A stretch of 64,000 nucleotides of DNA from Histomonas meleagridis 2922-C6/04-290x (GCA_020184695.1 JAANOX010000047.1:62001-126000), one strand, 5' to 3'; counted from the stretch's first letter, positions 41,142 to 51,735 are shown. Notes: a model not told the origin generated them from the sequence alone. Translations and numbers: made by a program.

Positions 41142-43748
41142 TTACAAAATAATGCTGACAGTTTCATGTTCACCCCTCATTTGTGCCTTCATAATTGTCG
41201 TTTTAAATAATATGAATTATTTCCAAATATTATTTTGTAATCCAAAATTTAATGAAGAACATTTAAAAATAATTAAAAAACATCCTTTGCATTAATATCA
41301 ATTCCTTCTTGTTTCAGAAGTAATTTAACTATTTCTTTGTGACCTTTTCCAGATGCTATTGTAAGAGCTGTATCAAACTATTTGAAAAAATTCCAAATAT
41401 TATAGTGAAATTACAAATTATTAAAATGTATTTCAAACATATTAAAAAAATGTTTTTATTATTTAAATCAATTCCTTTTTGTTTAAGAAGTAACTCAATT
41501 ATTCCTAAATGATCATTTTCTGATGCAAACATAAGTGCTGTTTTAAATAAATTGTATAAATTCCGAATATTTTCATGAAATATATAATTATTAATTGAAA
41601 TATTATATTAAATAATGTAATGTCTTTAGCATTAATATCAATTCCTTTTTGTTCTAAAAGCAATTCAACTATTTCTATATTACCATTTTGAGATGCATAA
41701 ATAAGTGCTGTCATAAATAATACGAATAATTTCCATATAATAATTTGTAATTATAAATGATTAAAATAAATAAAAAATAAAACAAATAAACATTTTGAGC
41801 ATTAATATCAATTTCTTCTCGTTCAAGAAGTAATTTAACAATTTCTATATTACCTTTTTGAGAAGCAAACATAAGCGCTGTATCAAATATTTTGTGTAAA
41901 TTCCAAATATTATTTTAAAACATAAAAAATTTCGAACAATTTTCAGATAAAACAGAATAATATCTTTAATATTAATATCAATTCCTTCTTGTTCAAGAAG
42001 CAATTGAACTATTTCTGTGTATCCATATAATGATACATTCATAAGTACTGTTTCAAATATTTTATGTAAAATCCAAATCTTATTTAGAATCACCAAATCA
42101 TTGAAATAAACAAAAAATAAAACAATTTAATGTTTCTTTTGTTAATGTTGATTCCTTTTTGTTTAAGAAGTAACTCAAATATTTCGAAATTGGATCTTAA
42201 TGATAACATAAGTGGCGTATTAAATAATTTATATAAAATCCAAATATTATTATGAAATATAAAATTATTAAAACTAATATCAAGTAAAACAAAAAAATAT
42301 TTTTAGCATTTAAATTAATTCCTTTATGTTTGATCAATAGTTCAACTATTTTATAATAACCTTTTTGAACTGCAATTATGAGTGGATTATCAAATGATTT
42401 AAATAATTTCCAAATATTATTGTTAAATATTAAATTTTTCAATTAAAAATAAATTAAAAAATATTATTAAACTCATGCTTATTTACATCAATTCCTTCTT
42501 GTTCAAGAAGTAATTGTATTAATTTATAATCTGAGATTTTAGTTGCATAAATAATTGCTGTATTAAAAAAATCAAACAAATTCCAAATTTTATATTAAAT
42601 CATTAAATTATTTAAAGTTATTTTAAATATATGACATAAATATCACATGCATTAATATCAATTTCTTTTTGTTCAATTATATATAATATATATTCAATAA
42701 GTTCCATATTTACTGATTTTACTGCATATATTAAAATATTTTCAGGAATGTGTTTTACTTGAAGAAAATGTTTAGTCAGATAAAAATTACCTTTTTTTGC
42801 TGATTTATTAATTATATAATCATTGATCCCCATTCCTTCTTCAATTAAATATGATAAAATTTCATAGTTATGATATATAATACATTTGTTACCTAATTTG
42901 CTTATGTTTAATATTTCAACAACTTTATTTTCATAAAGATATTTAAAGATTTCATTTCGATGATATTCAATTGCTATTTCTAAAGAACCTTCAAATGATG
43001 AATGATTTTGTTCGCATAAATGAATAATTTCTTCATTTCCACCTGCAACTGCATATTTAGCCGTAGTATTTACATTTGAGCCATTAAGTAATAAATATTT
43101 AAAACATTTAACTGATCCAAAAAATGCTGCATAATCAATTAATGTAACATTTATTTCATCAGTTTCATATTCATTGAAATAACTTGCTTCATTAATTGGT
43201 AAATTTAATATTTGATTATAATTAAAATTTGTTTGCGATGAAAGAATTTGAAGTTCTTCAACATTATCATTTTGAATAACTTTTGTAATATTCGATGAAT
43301 TCCTTTGAATTAAGTAAATGTTTTTAAAAATATTATTTTCTATTTTCTGAAAAAATATATAGTTATAATCTAATATAATATTATTTAATGAATTAGAAAT
43401 ATTAATTGATGATGGAATATAATTTGAAAATAAATATTTGAATTCTTTAATAAATTCCATAAAATATTTTAAGATTGAGAATTCACCATAATTATTTTCC
43501 TTTAGAAGATCATAATATGTTTTAATAAAATCCAAATAAATATCAAAAATTAGAGAATCATTCATTTTAATTATATATAAATACAATAACATTTGAATAA
43601 TAATTAAATTAAAAGAATTTGGATGATTAGCATCAAATATTTTTAATAACTCTTTTGCTGTTTGTTGACTACCTTTACCACCTAAAGAAAAAATCATATC
43701 TTTAACCAAAGTTAATGTTTTCCATTCATCACCACCCAAGTTTCCCAT
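41142..43748 (-). CDS. DUF3447/ankyrin-repeat gene whose ankyrin repeats are each interrupted by a non-canonical ~68-nt insert (reconstructed ~663 aa)
   Basis: The 5' ORF 42618-43748 has DUF3447-like motifs (TLIDYAAFFGSVKCFKYLLLNG, AVAGGNEEIIHL). Stop-free ankyrin segments (TALxxAxxxGxxEIVxLLLEQxGIDINxKD) follow at 170-bp spacing, to TAA at 41142-41144. Whether the gene is functional or a pseudogene is unresolved. Confidence 0.8.
41202..42641 (-). repeat. Array of nine ~170-bp units (90-nt ankyrin segment + 80-nt AT-rich spacer with conserved ATAATATTTGGA)
   Basis: Spacers at 42562-42641, 42389-42471, 42219-42298, 42052-42131, 41882-41961, 41712-41791, 41542-41621, 41372-41451, 41202-41281. 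Confidence 0.92.
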
Positions 43749-43847
43749 AAATTTATGATGAACGTTTATTAATATGGAGAACGTTAGTTGCCAGTGAATT
43801 CACTTTTTGTTTGTTGATGGAGGAAGTGAGCATTTCACTCCTGAATA

Positions 43848-46800
43848 ATGCTTCAATTAACAAGGGTTGAGTTAACTCAAGACATCGAACCGATTGTTAA
43901 GGAAATCATCAAGCCAAATGAAGAGTTTTTTATATTTCTTGAAGATAATGGAATAAAATTTAATGAAAATTTTGAGCCAATTTTAACTAAACCCCTTTTC
44001 GAAGTTAAAAATTCTTTATCAAATGCAATAAGCTCCATGAAACCAGAAAGAAAACGTAATATAATCGTCACAATAAATCAATATTTATCAAATCAAGATT
44101 ATTTAGAAAAATGGCTTTACTCACCAAACGAAATTATGCCATCATTAGTTAGAATTTTATTAAGTTGCCCTGAATTACAAGATGATATTACTTCAATTTT
44201 AATTCAGTTTTTCATTCAAAGCGAATTTGCAGATAATATTCCACGTCTTCGAAAACTTACATTTCAAATTGTCCGAGACTTATCATTTTTAACAAAAGTT
44301 TCTAATCAAGAAGAATTTGCAGATCAATTATTTGAAGCGATATCACGATGTCATCCAAGTATCAAACAAATATTGTTCCAGTATTTATTCCAATTATTAG
44401 ATAACATTGATCTAGTAATTGATCGAATATTAAATTTTATGATTGAAAGTTTCGATTTAATTCCCGACATTTTAGGGTCACTAGAAGGATTTCCATTGAG
44501 TACTGAAAACAAACAACGTGTTCGTAAGCATGTTCTGAACAATATTTTACCAGCCATATCTACCAAAGATTTACCATCAGTTATTCGATTTCTTATTTCA
44601 ACGACTGATGAAACTAATTCATATTCAACAGTATGTTCATTTCGCGAAAATTTATTTGTCATATCAAATAATAACTTTGAGATCGATACATTGACAGCAG
44701 ATGATTCCAATTTCTTTTTATTAGTCCAACTAAAGAATGCTTTACAATTTAACATACATTTTTTCAAGTCATATTTAACCATATTAGAACAAAGTGAAAC
44801 AGAATTTAGTGTTGTTGATATATGGGTCATCTTTTGTATCTTTTCTATTCCATCACAACGAAACAAAGCGCAAACACTTATACAAAAGACAATTGGTAAA
44901 ACATTAACACAAAGTTCAATAGAAGGAGCTATAAATGGCCATTATAAATCAATCGAATGTATTATTACATCTATTATTGATTTAATGTCATGGATGATTA
45001 GTAGTAATACTGAAATAATCATAGAGTATGGGATTATAATCTCAAAGTTAATATTTAATGAAGTTAATGATATCGGAATATTACAAGATATCATTGGTAC
45101 ATTTTTAATTCAAATCGAAATAGGCGAAGAAATTAATAAAGAAAAAATAGCTAATGCATTAGAAATATTAGCATTAGAAAATCCGGAAAAACTTAAATAT
45201 CATTCACAATTAATTCAAGGTATATTATGGTCACAAAGTTCTTTAAAGTTATCGATATATCAAAAGATTACAAAAGTTGTATCTAATTTAACATTTCGTA
45301 CTATTAATGATATTAATGAACAAATAGATTCACAACTTCATATAGGTTATTCTAAAATGTTATCATCATCTAAACAAGAAATTAAAGAATATGGTGTAAT
45401 AGGATTTGCTTCTATTATAGATCGATATAATGAAATCCTTCAAACTGATTTTACACCATTAGAGAATATGTTTTTATTTGTAACGAAGAATATTAAAGAA
45501 GATAAAACTTCATTATTATTATTCTTTAAAACATTATTAGAAAACAAAGAACGATCGAAGTCATTTAATAAGTTTTTAGTTAAATATTTATCAGAACAAA
45601 TAAATTATATATTATTTGAAGATGAAAATGGTGAAAAATTTATTAATTTTAATTTATTTTTCGATCATAAAAATCAAAAATCTCATAAACGATATTCATT
45701 ACAAAAAGTCCGAAAGATATTAAATCAAAAGATTTCTTCATTAATATTTTCATCATATGGAACACAATTATTATTTGATTCATATTTATCATTAGGGAAA
45801 AACTTACGAATTAAATGCAAAGATTATTTTGAAATAAGCATTAAATTAAACAATGAAATTCCATTAAATTTAATTGAAACTATTACAATATTACATTTAT
45901 CACATTGTTATTTAAGTAATATTTTAAATTATTTTTGTGATATAATTGATGATAATTATATAAAACATTATGAAACATTAATACAAATTGAGGATTTATT
46001 AATAAAGAATTTACAAGAAGAAGAAGAAAATTATTTACATCCAATATATGGAGATATATTTCCTAAATATCATACATATATAAAACGTTTAATTAAAGAT
46101 AATGTTGAAGATATTAGTGCATTATTTTATGAGAAATATCGGACATCATTTATACCACCAGAAGAACAAATATTTAAATTACTTACACAAATAGAATTTC
46201 CTTTAACTGATATTCACAAACGAATATTATTTCGATTAATTATTAATTATAAATATATAATAACAACAATACCAAAGAATTCGATATTTCCACCAAATAT
46301 CTTTTATTCAACAGAAGTACCAAATATATTAATTAAATATATATTACCTAATGTTAAAGATAATGAATTAATAAGTCAATATATCTTTGATATATTACGA
46401 TTACAAATCAATTTACCGATTTATAAAGACAAAGTTAAATTTAATGAATTATTAATGAGTTATTGTGATAGTGAATCACGAATTAAATGTTTTAAATATT
46501 TTTATAATTATTTGATTAAAAATGACTTTCAACAAAATGTAAAAATTTCAATTATATTATTATTAAGATCAATATTACATTGTGGTCCACCTATAAAAAT
46601 CGATTTACAATCAAATGAATGTAAAAACTTATGTCAATGTTCTAAAGATTTATTAACTTCTGCTAATCCAATCTTAGATAAAAAAGGAGTTAAAGCAATA
46701 TTACCAATATTTTTCGAACATAATAAATCGATACTTAAAGATGTGACGACATTTATTACTGACACATTTAAATGTAACTTTTATAATGGTGAAAGAAATG

Positions 46801-47315
46801 AAGAATGGATATCTTTGAATGATGAAACGTTTCCTATATTTTATTGGAAATGTTTTGTTTTATTGAACCATAAAATTTTGGAAGTTAAAAAGAAAATTCA
46901 AAGTAACTCATTCGTAATAAGTGAAGAAATTGTCGGAATTATTATGAACAGATTAAATAAACTTTCGGCATTAATGAAAGGTTTGATACTTCAGGCGTGT
47001 AAAGAAGAAGTGCCTTTATGCATACTGAAGATTACCGTACAAAAAAGTGTTATTTGGATCGACGCTTCGATTGGTTTGTTCCAATTTCTAAACGACGCAA
47101 AGTTTTGCGATGTACAATCAGTCGGAAACTTTTTGGAACTATCAAAAGAAATTATGAAATACTTACAAAATATTGTGGACCATATTCGACGGAATGAGAA
47201 GTCATTACAGTCAACGTTGCCAAGCTTAAGTAAAGCTATAGCACAATGGAAATATTCGTTAAAGAGTACAATCGAATTGGATGAAAATGGAAAAATTTCG
47301 GGTGAAGAGAAGTGA
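43848..47315 (+). CDS. FANCD2: Fanconi anemia group D2 protein homolog
   Basis: ILLSCPELQ, QIVRDLSFL, LIPDILGSL, RVRKHVL..DLPSVIRFLI, and HIGYSKMLSS..KEYGVIG (the monoubiquitination-site context) align by eye with FANCD2. Confidence 0.8.
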   Translation: MLQLTRVELTQDIEPIVKEIIKPNEEFFIFLEDNGIKFNENFEPILTKPLFEVKNSLSNAISSMKPERKRNIIVTINQYLSNQDYLEKWLYSPNEIMPSLVRILLSCPELQDDITSILIQFFIQSEFADNIPRLRKLTFQIVRDLSFLTKVSNQEEFADQLFEAISRCHPSIKQILFQYLFQLLDNIDLVIDRILNFMIESFDLIPDILGSLEGFPLSTENKQRVRKHVLNNILPAISTKDLPSVIRFLISTTDETNSYSTVCSFRENLFVISNNNFEIDTLTADDSNFFLLVQLKNALQFNIHFFKSYLTILEQSETEFSVVDIWVIFCIFSIPSQRNKAQTLIQKTIGKTLTQSSIEGAINGHYKSIECIITSIIDLMSWMISSNTEIIIEYGIIISKLIFNEVNDIGILQDIIGTFLIQIEIGEEINKEKIANALEILALENPEKLKYHSQLIQGILWSQSSLKLSIYQKITKVVSNLTFRTINDINEQIDSQLHIGYSKMLSSSKQEIKEYGVIGFASIIDRYNEILQTDFTPLENMFLFVTKNIKEDKTSLLLFFKTLLENKERSKSFNKFLVKYLSEQINYILFEDENGEKFINFNLFFDHKNQKSHKRYSLQKVRKILNQKISSLIFSSYGTQLLFDSYLSLGKNLRIKCKDYFEISIKLNNEIPLNLIETITILHLSHCYLSNILNYFCDIIDDNYIKHYETLIQIEDLLIKNLQEEEENYLHPIYGDIFPKYHTYIKRLIKDNVEDISALFYEKYRTSFIPPEEQIFKLLTQIEFPLTDIHKRILFRLIINYKYIITTIPKNSIFPPNIFYSTEVPNILIKYILPNVKDNELISQYIFDILRLQINLPIYKDKVKFNELLMSYCDSESRIKCFKYFYNYLIKNDFQQNVKISIILLLRSILHCGPPIKIDLQSNECKNLCQCSKDLLTSANPILDKKGVKAILPIFFEHNKSILKDVTTFITDTFKCNFYNGERNEEWISLNDETFPIFYWKCFVLLNHKILEVKKKIQSNSFVISEEIVGIIMNRLNKLSALMKGLILQACKEEVPLCILKITVQKSVIWIDASIGLFQFLNDAKFCDVQSVGNFLELSKEIMKYLQNIVDHIRRNEKSLQSTLPSLSKAIAQWKYSLKSTIELDENGKISGEEK

Positions 47316-47407
47316 ACATGTTCATCGTTTTTTTAGCCCTCAAAAAATCCACTTTTTGAATTAAAGTCAAAAATTAACCACTGAATTAACCCCATCGGAC
47401 TGTCAAC

Positions 47408-49468
47408 GTGCACTTAAATAAAATGTTTTTCATTCAATTTGTTTCATTGTTTTTTATTCAAAAAGTTGTTTTTTACGTATTCAAATGTCTAGCCAAGAAA
47501 ACGTTTACAGTTTCGGTGCTTCTTTTTGATTTAACTTCGGCGATGCGCAGTGGAGAACAGACACAGAGCGAATTATTGATGTCGTTGGCAGACGGAAACA
47601 CTTATGGAATATGTTTCAGTCAAATTGATGTTAAATTGTTTATTTTTGCTGTTTTAAGTGGCGTAATTTATTTTATTGCTAAAAATGCTTTTTTAAAGGG
47701 AATTTACAAAAAATTTATTCCTTTTGCTTTTGTTGTATTTTTCTCACTATCATTTGAAAAGTATGATGAAGCATCGTCAACTTTATATATAGAGGATTCA
47801 AGTGATTTTAGTGCAGATTATAAAGAAGATGCCAAATATATCGTTGTTTCTGGTGTCGATGCAATTCCATATGATGCATTCAGAAACTGCAAACTTACTT
47901 CGGTTTCACTAGGCGATATCGTTACTTCGATTGGTAACAATGCTTTCCATAACTGTTCTAATCTTGAAACAATTATAATTGGTAAAAATCTTCAAACGAT
48001 TGGAAATTATTCATTTTGTTTATGTTCTAATTTGATCAATTTCACAATACCAAATTCAGTTACATATTTAGGATCTTATTCTTTTGGATATTGTTATAAT
48101 ATTATTGAAGTTATTTTTGGAGAAAACATTCAAAATATTTATGATCATTCCTGTTTTAAGTGTTATAATTTACAATCTTTGATAATATCAAATTCAGTTA
48201 CTTCCATTGATTACGCCGCATTTTCCAATTGTGTTAACTTAGAAAATGTTATTATCAGTAATACTATTAAAGTAATCGGTGAATTTGCATTTAATCAATG
48301 CTATAAAATCAAAAATTTCACAATTCCAAATACAGTTACTACACTTAGATCATATGCATTTCAACATTGCATTACTTTAATAGATGTTACCATTAGTGAG
48401 AATGTTCAAATTATTGATGAATATACGTTCAGTAATTGCACTTTATTAACCACAATCATAATTCCAAATAAAGTTACATCAATTGGGTATTCAGCATTTT
48501 ACTTATGTTCTAATTTAATAAATCCAATAATTGGTACAAATGTTACTGTAATCGGTGATTATTCATTTAATAAATGTATTTCATTAAGAAATTTCATTAT
48601 TCCAAATAATGTAATCGAACTTGGAACATATTCATTTGCAGGGTGCTATAATTTATCAACAATTATCATAGGTAAAAATGTAAATAATATTAAGACAGGT
48701 GCTTTTTATCAATGTACAAATTTGAAATGTATTTATTTTAATGGTGAAAAAGAGCCACAAATTGAAGACTTGGTGTTTTATAATGTAACTATTTCAACAA
48801 TTATGGTAACTGATAAATATATAAGTGATGAGTTTGGAGGTTTTAATATTACTGTTGAAGAACTTGATGAATGCCAAAATATACCTCAAACAAATACTTA
48901 TACAGAAGCAATTACATTTTCGAAGTCAATTCCTAAATCTGAAACAAATATAAATACAGAGTCATTCATTCATAATTTTACCATATCTCATACTTTTGTT
49001 TTATCATATTCATTAACACTTACACATACATTGTCAATTAGTAATATATTTTTATCAAATTCATTTACACATTCATTCTTAGATACAACTCATACATTTG
49101 TTAATACAGAATTTATTTTTTATGAATATACTGTTGTTATATATTCTTCGTACTTTAGTTTTTATTCCAACTTTTTCACAATTTTTTATCAAAACATTAC
49201 ATCTCCAAAAGATAATAACAATAATATATACATTATTATTGGAATTGTGATTGCCGCAGTTGTTATAATAATAATACTTATAATAGTATTAGTTCGAATA
49301 AGAAATCAAAAGAAACAAACAAGCGAAGAAATGTCTTCGCAAAGTAATGGAAAACAAAACTTAGATACATGTAAAACAATATCATCAGGATATTCAATTG
49401 TTGAAACAATTGAAGAAGATCCATTTGCGCGCGATTTTAGAGAAGATAATTTAGTAAAAAATTTGTAA
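47408..49468 (+). CDS. BspA-like (TpLRR/LRR_5) surface protein with S/T-rich stalk, TM helix and cytoplasmic tail
   Basis: Repeats of IPNSVTxIGxYAFxxCxNL, TM IYIIIGIVIAAVVIIIILIIVLV, tail EEDPFARDF. The start is uncertain (ATG 47423 or 47543). Confidence 0.92.
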   Translation: MHLNKMFFIQFVSLFFIQKVVFYVFKCLAKKTFTVSVLLFDLTSAMRSGEQTQSELLMSLADGNTYGICFSQIDVKLFIFAVLSGVIYFIAKNAFLKGIYKKFIPFAFVVFFSLSFEKYDEASSTLYIEDSSDFSADYKEDAKYIVVSGVDAIPYDAFRNCKLTSVSLGDIVTSIGNNAFHNCSNLETIIIGKNLQTIGNYSFCLCSNLINFTIPNSVTYLGSYSFGYCYNIIEVIFGENIQNIYDHSCFKCYNLQSLIISNSVTSIDYAAFSNCVNLENVIISNTIKVIGEFAFNQCYKIKNFTIPNTVTTLRSYAFQHCITLIDVTISENVQIIDEYTFSNCTLLTTIIIPNKVTSIGYSAFYLCSNLINPIIGTNVTVIGDYSFNKCISLRNFIIPNNVIELGTYSFAGCYNLSTIIIGKNVNNIKTGAFYQCTNLKCIYFNGEKEPQIEDLVFYNVTISTIMVTDKYISDEFGGFNITVEELDECQNIPQTNTYTEAITFSKSIPKSETNINTESFIHNFTISHTFVLSYSLTLTHTLSISNIFLSNSFTHSFLDTTHTFVNTEFIFYEYTVVIYSSYFSFYSNFFTIFYQNITSPKDNNNNIYIIIGIVIAAVVIIIILIIVLVRIRNQKKQTSEEMSSQSNGKQNLDTCKTISSGYSIVETIEEDPFARDFREDNLVKNL

Positions 49469-49641
49469 TTTAGAACATTAACGTTTTTAAAATTTATGCC
49501 AGCTCACAACATACATTTAAAAGACGATTATTATAAATTCAAAAACTTACGGTTTCGATTTAATTTTCAATAAAAGATGAATTTTGTCTACAACCGTTTT
49601 TTAACTGTATTTCCGTAAATGTAAATTTAAACGGCCTCTAT

Positions 49642-50874
49642 ATGGTGAACATTTATCCTGCTTTCTACCTTACTTTTTTCATCGTATTTATATTATTAAT
49701 ATCACTACCACCAAGAGACCTTGTTTTTTCTTACTATGCTTCTACAAAATCCAAAAATGAAAACAAAGAACTATTTGGTAATTATTTTCCACCTATAAAA
49801 ATTTACTGCTATAATATATCCGAACGTTGGAGACCAGAAACTAAGCTAGTTAAAGACACGATGTATTATACTGATAGCAAAGAATTTCAATTTTATGTTG
49901 AAATTGAAATGCACAATGAACTTCTTCTCTCTCCGCTCATTACTAATAACCCCGAAGAAGCAGACTTTTTTTACATACCAATTCATCCATTTGCTTGTCG
50001 TGTTACTGAATTTCTAAGAAAAAATGACGAATTAATCAAAGAAATACGTTCGTTAGGGCCATGGTATGATCGCAAAAAAGGGTCAGATCATATTGTTGTT
50101 TCAGGCTTTGAAGCCGCATATGGTGATTCCCCATTTTCAACATCTATTACCAAAGACAACTTTATTATCGCAAGCCCAAACCCACAGCGCTTAGATTCAT
50201 GGCGTACATGGCATGGTCAGCGGAACATCATCATTCCATTTGTATCGCATTTCAAAAACTTCACTTTTTCAGATGTTAATTGGACGCGCAAAAGAAATAA
50301 CACTGTTTACCTTGCGCATTCATATAATGTTTTACCACTTGATGCGCAAGCACTTCGTAAGAAAGTCACTGATGCAGTATCAAAAATAAAACGAAAAGAA
50401 CTCATAGTATTCACTCGAAGACCATATCGAGTTGTAAGTATTGTTCGATCACTTCCTGAAAAGATGACAAACGCTGATTTTTGTGTATGTGTTCGTGGTG
50501 ATTTACAACTACCGAACAAACGTGTGTTTGATGCTATTAATCTTGGATGTATACCTGTGCTAATCTCGGATAACGTGAGTCTTCCATTTGCGCATAATCT
50601 TCTCGACTACTCCAAATTTACAATTAGAATACCTGAGAAAGATGTGGATAAAATACCGGAAATTTTGGAGAGTTATTCACAAAGTCAAATCCAAGAAATG
50701 AGAAATGAGTTGAAAAAGGCCGCAAAGGTTTTGAGGTTTAGAGTGGGCCAGCCGCCTGTGGTGGGAGAGGCGTTTTGGGCATTTTCTTGGATGCTGTATA
50801 TAAGGCACATGTACAAATTGCAATATGACGGTATATTCTACCCGGCGAAATTACCAAATTATAAAAAGATATAA
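49642..50874 (+). CDS. Exostosin-family (GT47) glycosyltransferase
   Basis: N-terminal signal anchor, TNNPEEADFFYIP, WYDRKKGSDH, FCVCVRGD..RVFDAINLGCIPVLISD..LPF. Confidence 0.93.
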   Translation: MVNIYPAFYLTFFIVFILLISLPPRDLVFSYYASTKSKNENKELFGNYFPPIKIYCYNISERWRPETKLVKDTMYYTDSKEFQFYVEIEMHNELLLSPLITNNPEEADFFYIPIHPFACRVTEFLRKNDELIKEIRSLGPWYDRKKGSDHIVVSGFEAAYGDSPFSTSITKDNFIIASPNPQRLDSWRTWHGQRNIIIPFVSHFKNFTFSDVNWTRKRNNTVYLAHSYNVLPLDAQALRKKVTDAVSKIKRKELIVFTRRPYRVVSIVRSLPEKMTNADFCVCVRGDLQLPNKRVFDAINLGCIPVLISDNVSLPFAHNLLDYSKFTIRIPEKDVDKIPEILESYSQSQIQEMRNELKKAAKVLRFRVGQPPVVGEAFWAFSWMLYIRHMYKLQYDGIFYPAKLPNYKKI

Positions 50875-51404
50875 AATTGGACTATTTTAATAAAATTCAG
50901 TATAAAGTCTTTATTTGAAATGATAATTTAACCTTTTTTATATGCTAAATGATTTTATATGTGATATTTAAAGTAAAAGTTTTTTTACCTGATAAGAATT
51001 TAACTTTTTATTTTTTAATTCTCAAGGTACATTTATTCTATTTGTAAATAACTTTTTTTTTAAAAGTTAATTTTGCTATTTAACTCGAAGGCAAAAAACA
51101 ATTATGATTAAAAAATTCATTATTAACGCGCATGTAATATATTTAAAGTTCAGATCCTTATTCTGTTCTATCTAAAAACATATTTATAATTTTATATTTT
51201 AAAATATTTTATAAATTTTCTAATAAATATTCATTTTTAACCAAAACAAATTCAAAATCTCGCTCCTCTCGATTGATAATTTGTGAATTTAAAGACACTT
51301 AGTGATCATAGTTTCAATTGTAATTGACTTTGCATTAGTTACAGAGAGTGTATGTGAACGTGATAAAGATGGGCCAATTGGATGTGATTTATTAATGTAT
51401 TTGT

Positions 51405-51735
51405 TTTAGTTAATGCATTTAATTTAGTGAATGTATTCTATTGTGAATGCATTTAATTTAGTGAATGTATTCTATTGTGAATGCATTTAATTTAGTAAAT
51501 GTTTTTTATTTAGTAAAGTTATTCTATTGTCAATGCACTTGAATTAGTAAATGTGTTCCGTTCAGTAAATGCATTTAATTTAGTGAATGTATTCTATTGT
51601 GAATGCATTTAATTTAGTAAATGTTTTTTATTTAGTAAAGTTATTCTATTGTCAATGCACTTGAATTAGTAAATGTGTTCCGTTCATTAAATGTATTTAA
51701 TTTAGTTAATGTATCCCATTGTAAATGCATTTAAT
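51405..51735. repeat. Hierarchical AT-rich repeat: 16-18-nt units (GTGAATGCATTTAATTTA / GTGAATGTATTCTATT) with a 122-bp duplication
   Basis: GTCAATGCACTTGAATTAGTAAATGTGTTCCGTTCA occurs at 51529 and 51651. Confidence 0.9.

Noticed and set aside
41202-42641. Canonical GT-AG introns explaining the ankyrin inserts
   Set aside because: GT at spacer position 9 is present in only 4 of 9 and CAG (within ACA-G) in 6 of 9. That pair removes 76 nt and leaves the wrong frame. There is no trichomonad branch/3' motif.
41202-42641. Random indel errors or ordinary pseudogene decay as the cause of the frameshifts
   Set aside because: Insert length and position are near-invariant across nine divergent repeats and the coding segments have no stops. 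This is disfavoured, not excluded without RNA data.
47408-47700. Long hydrophobic N-terminal extension of BspA as a novel domain
   Set aside because: The start codon is uncertain (GTG in the track), so the extension may be 5' non-coding sequence.
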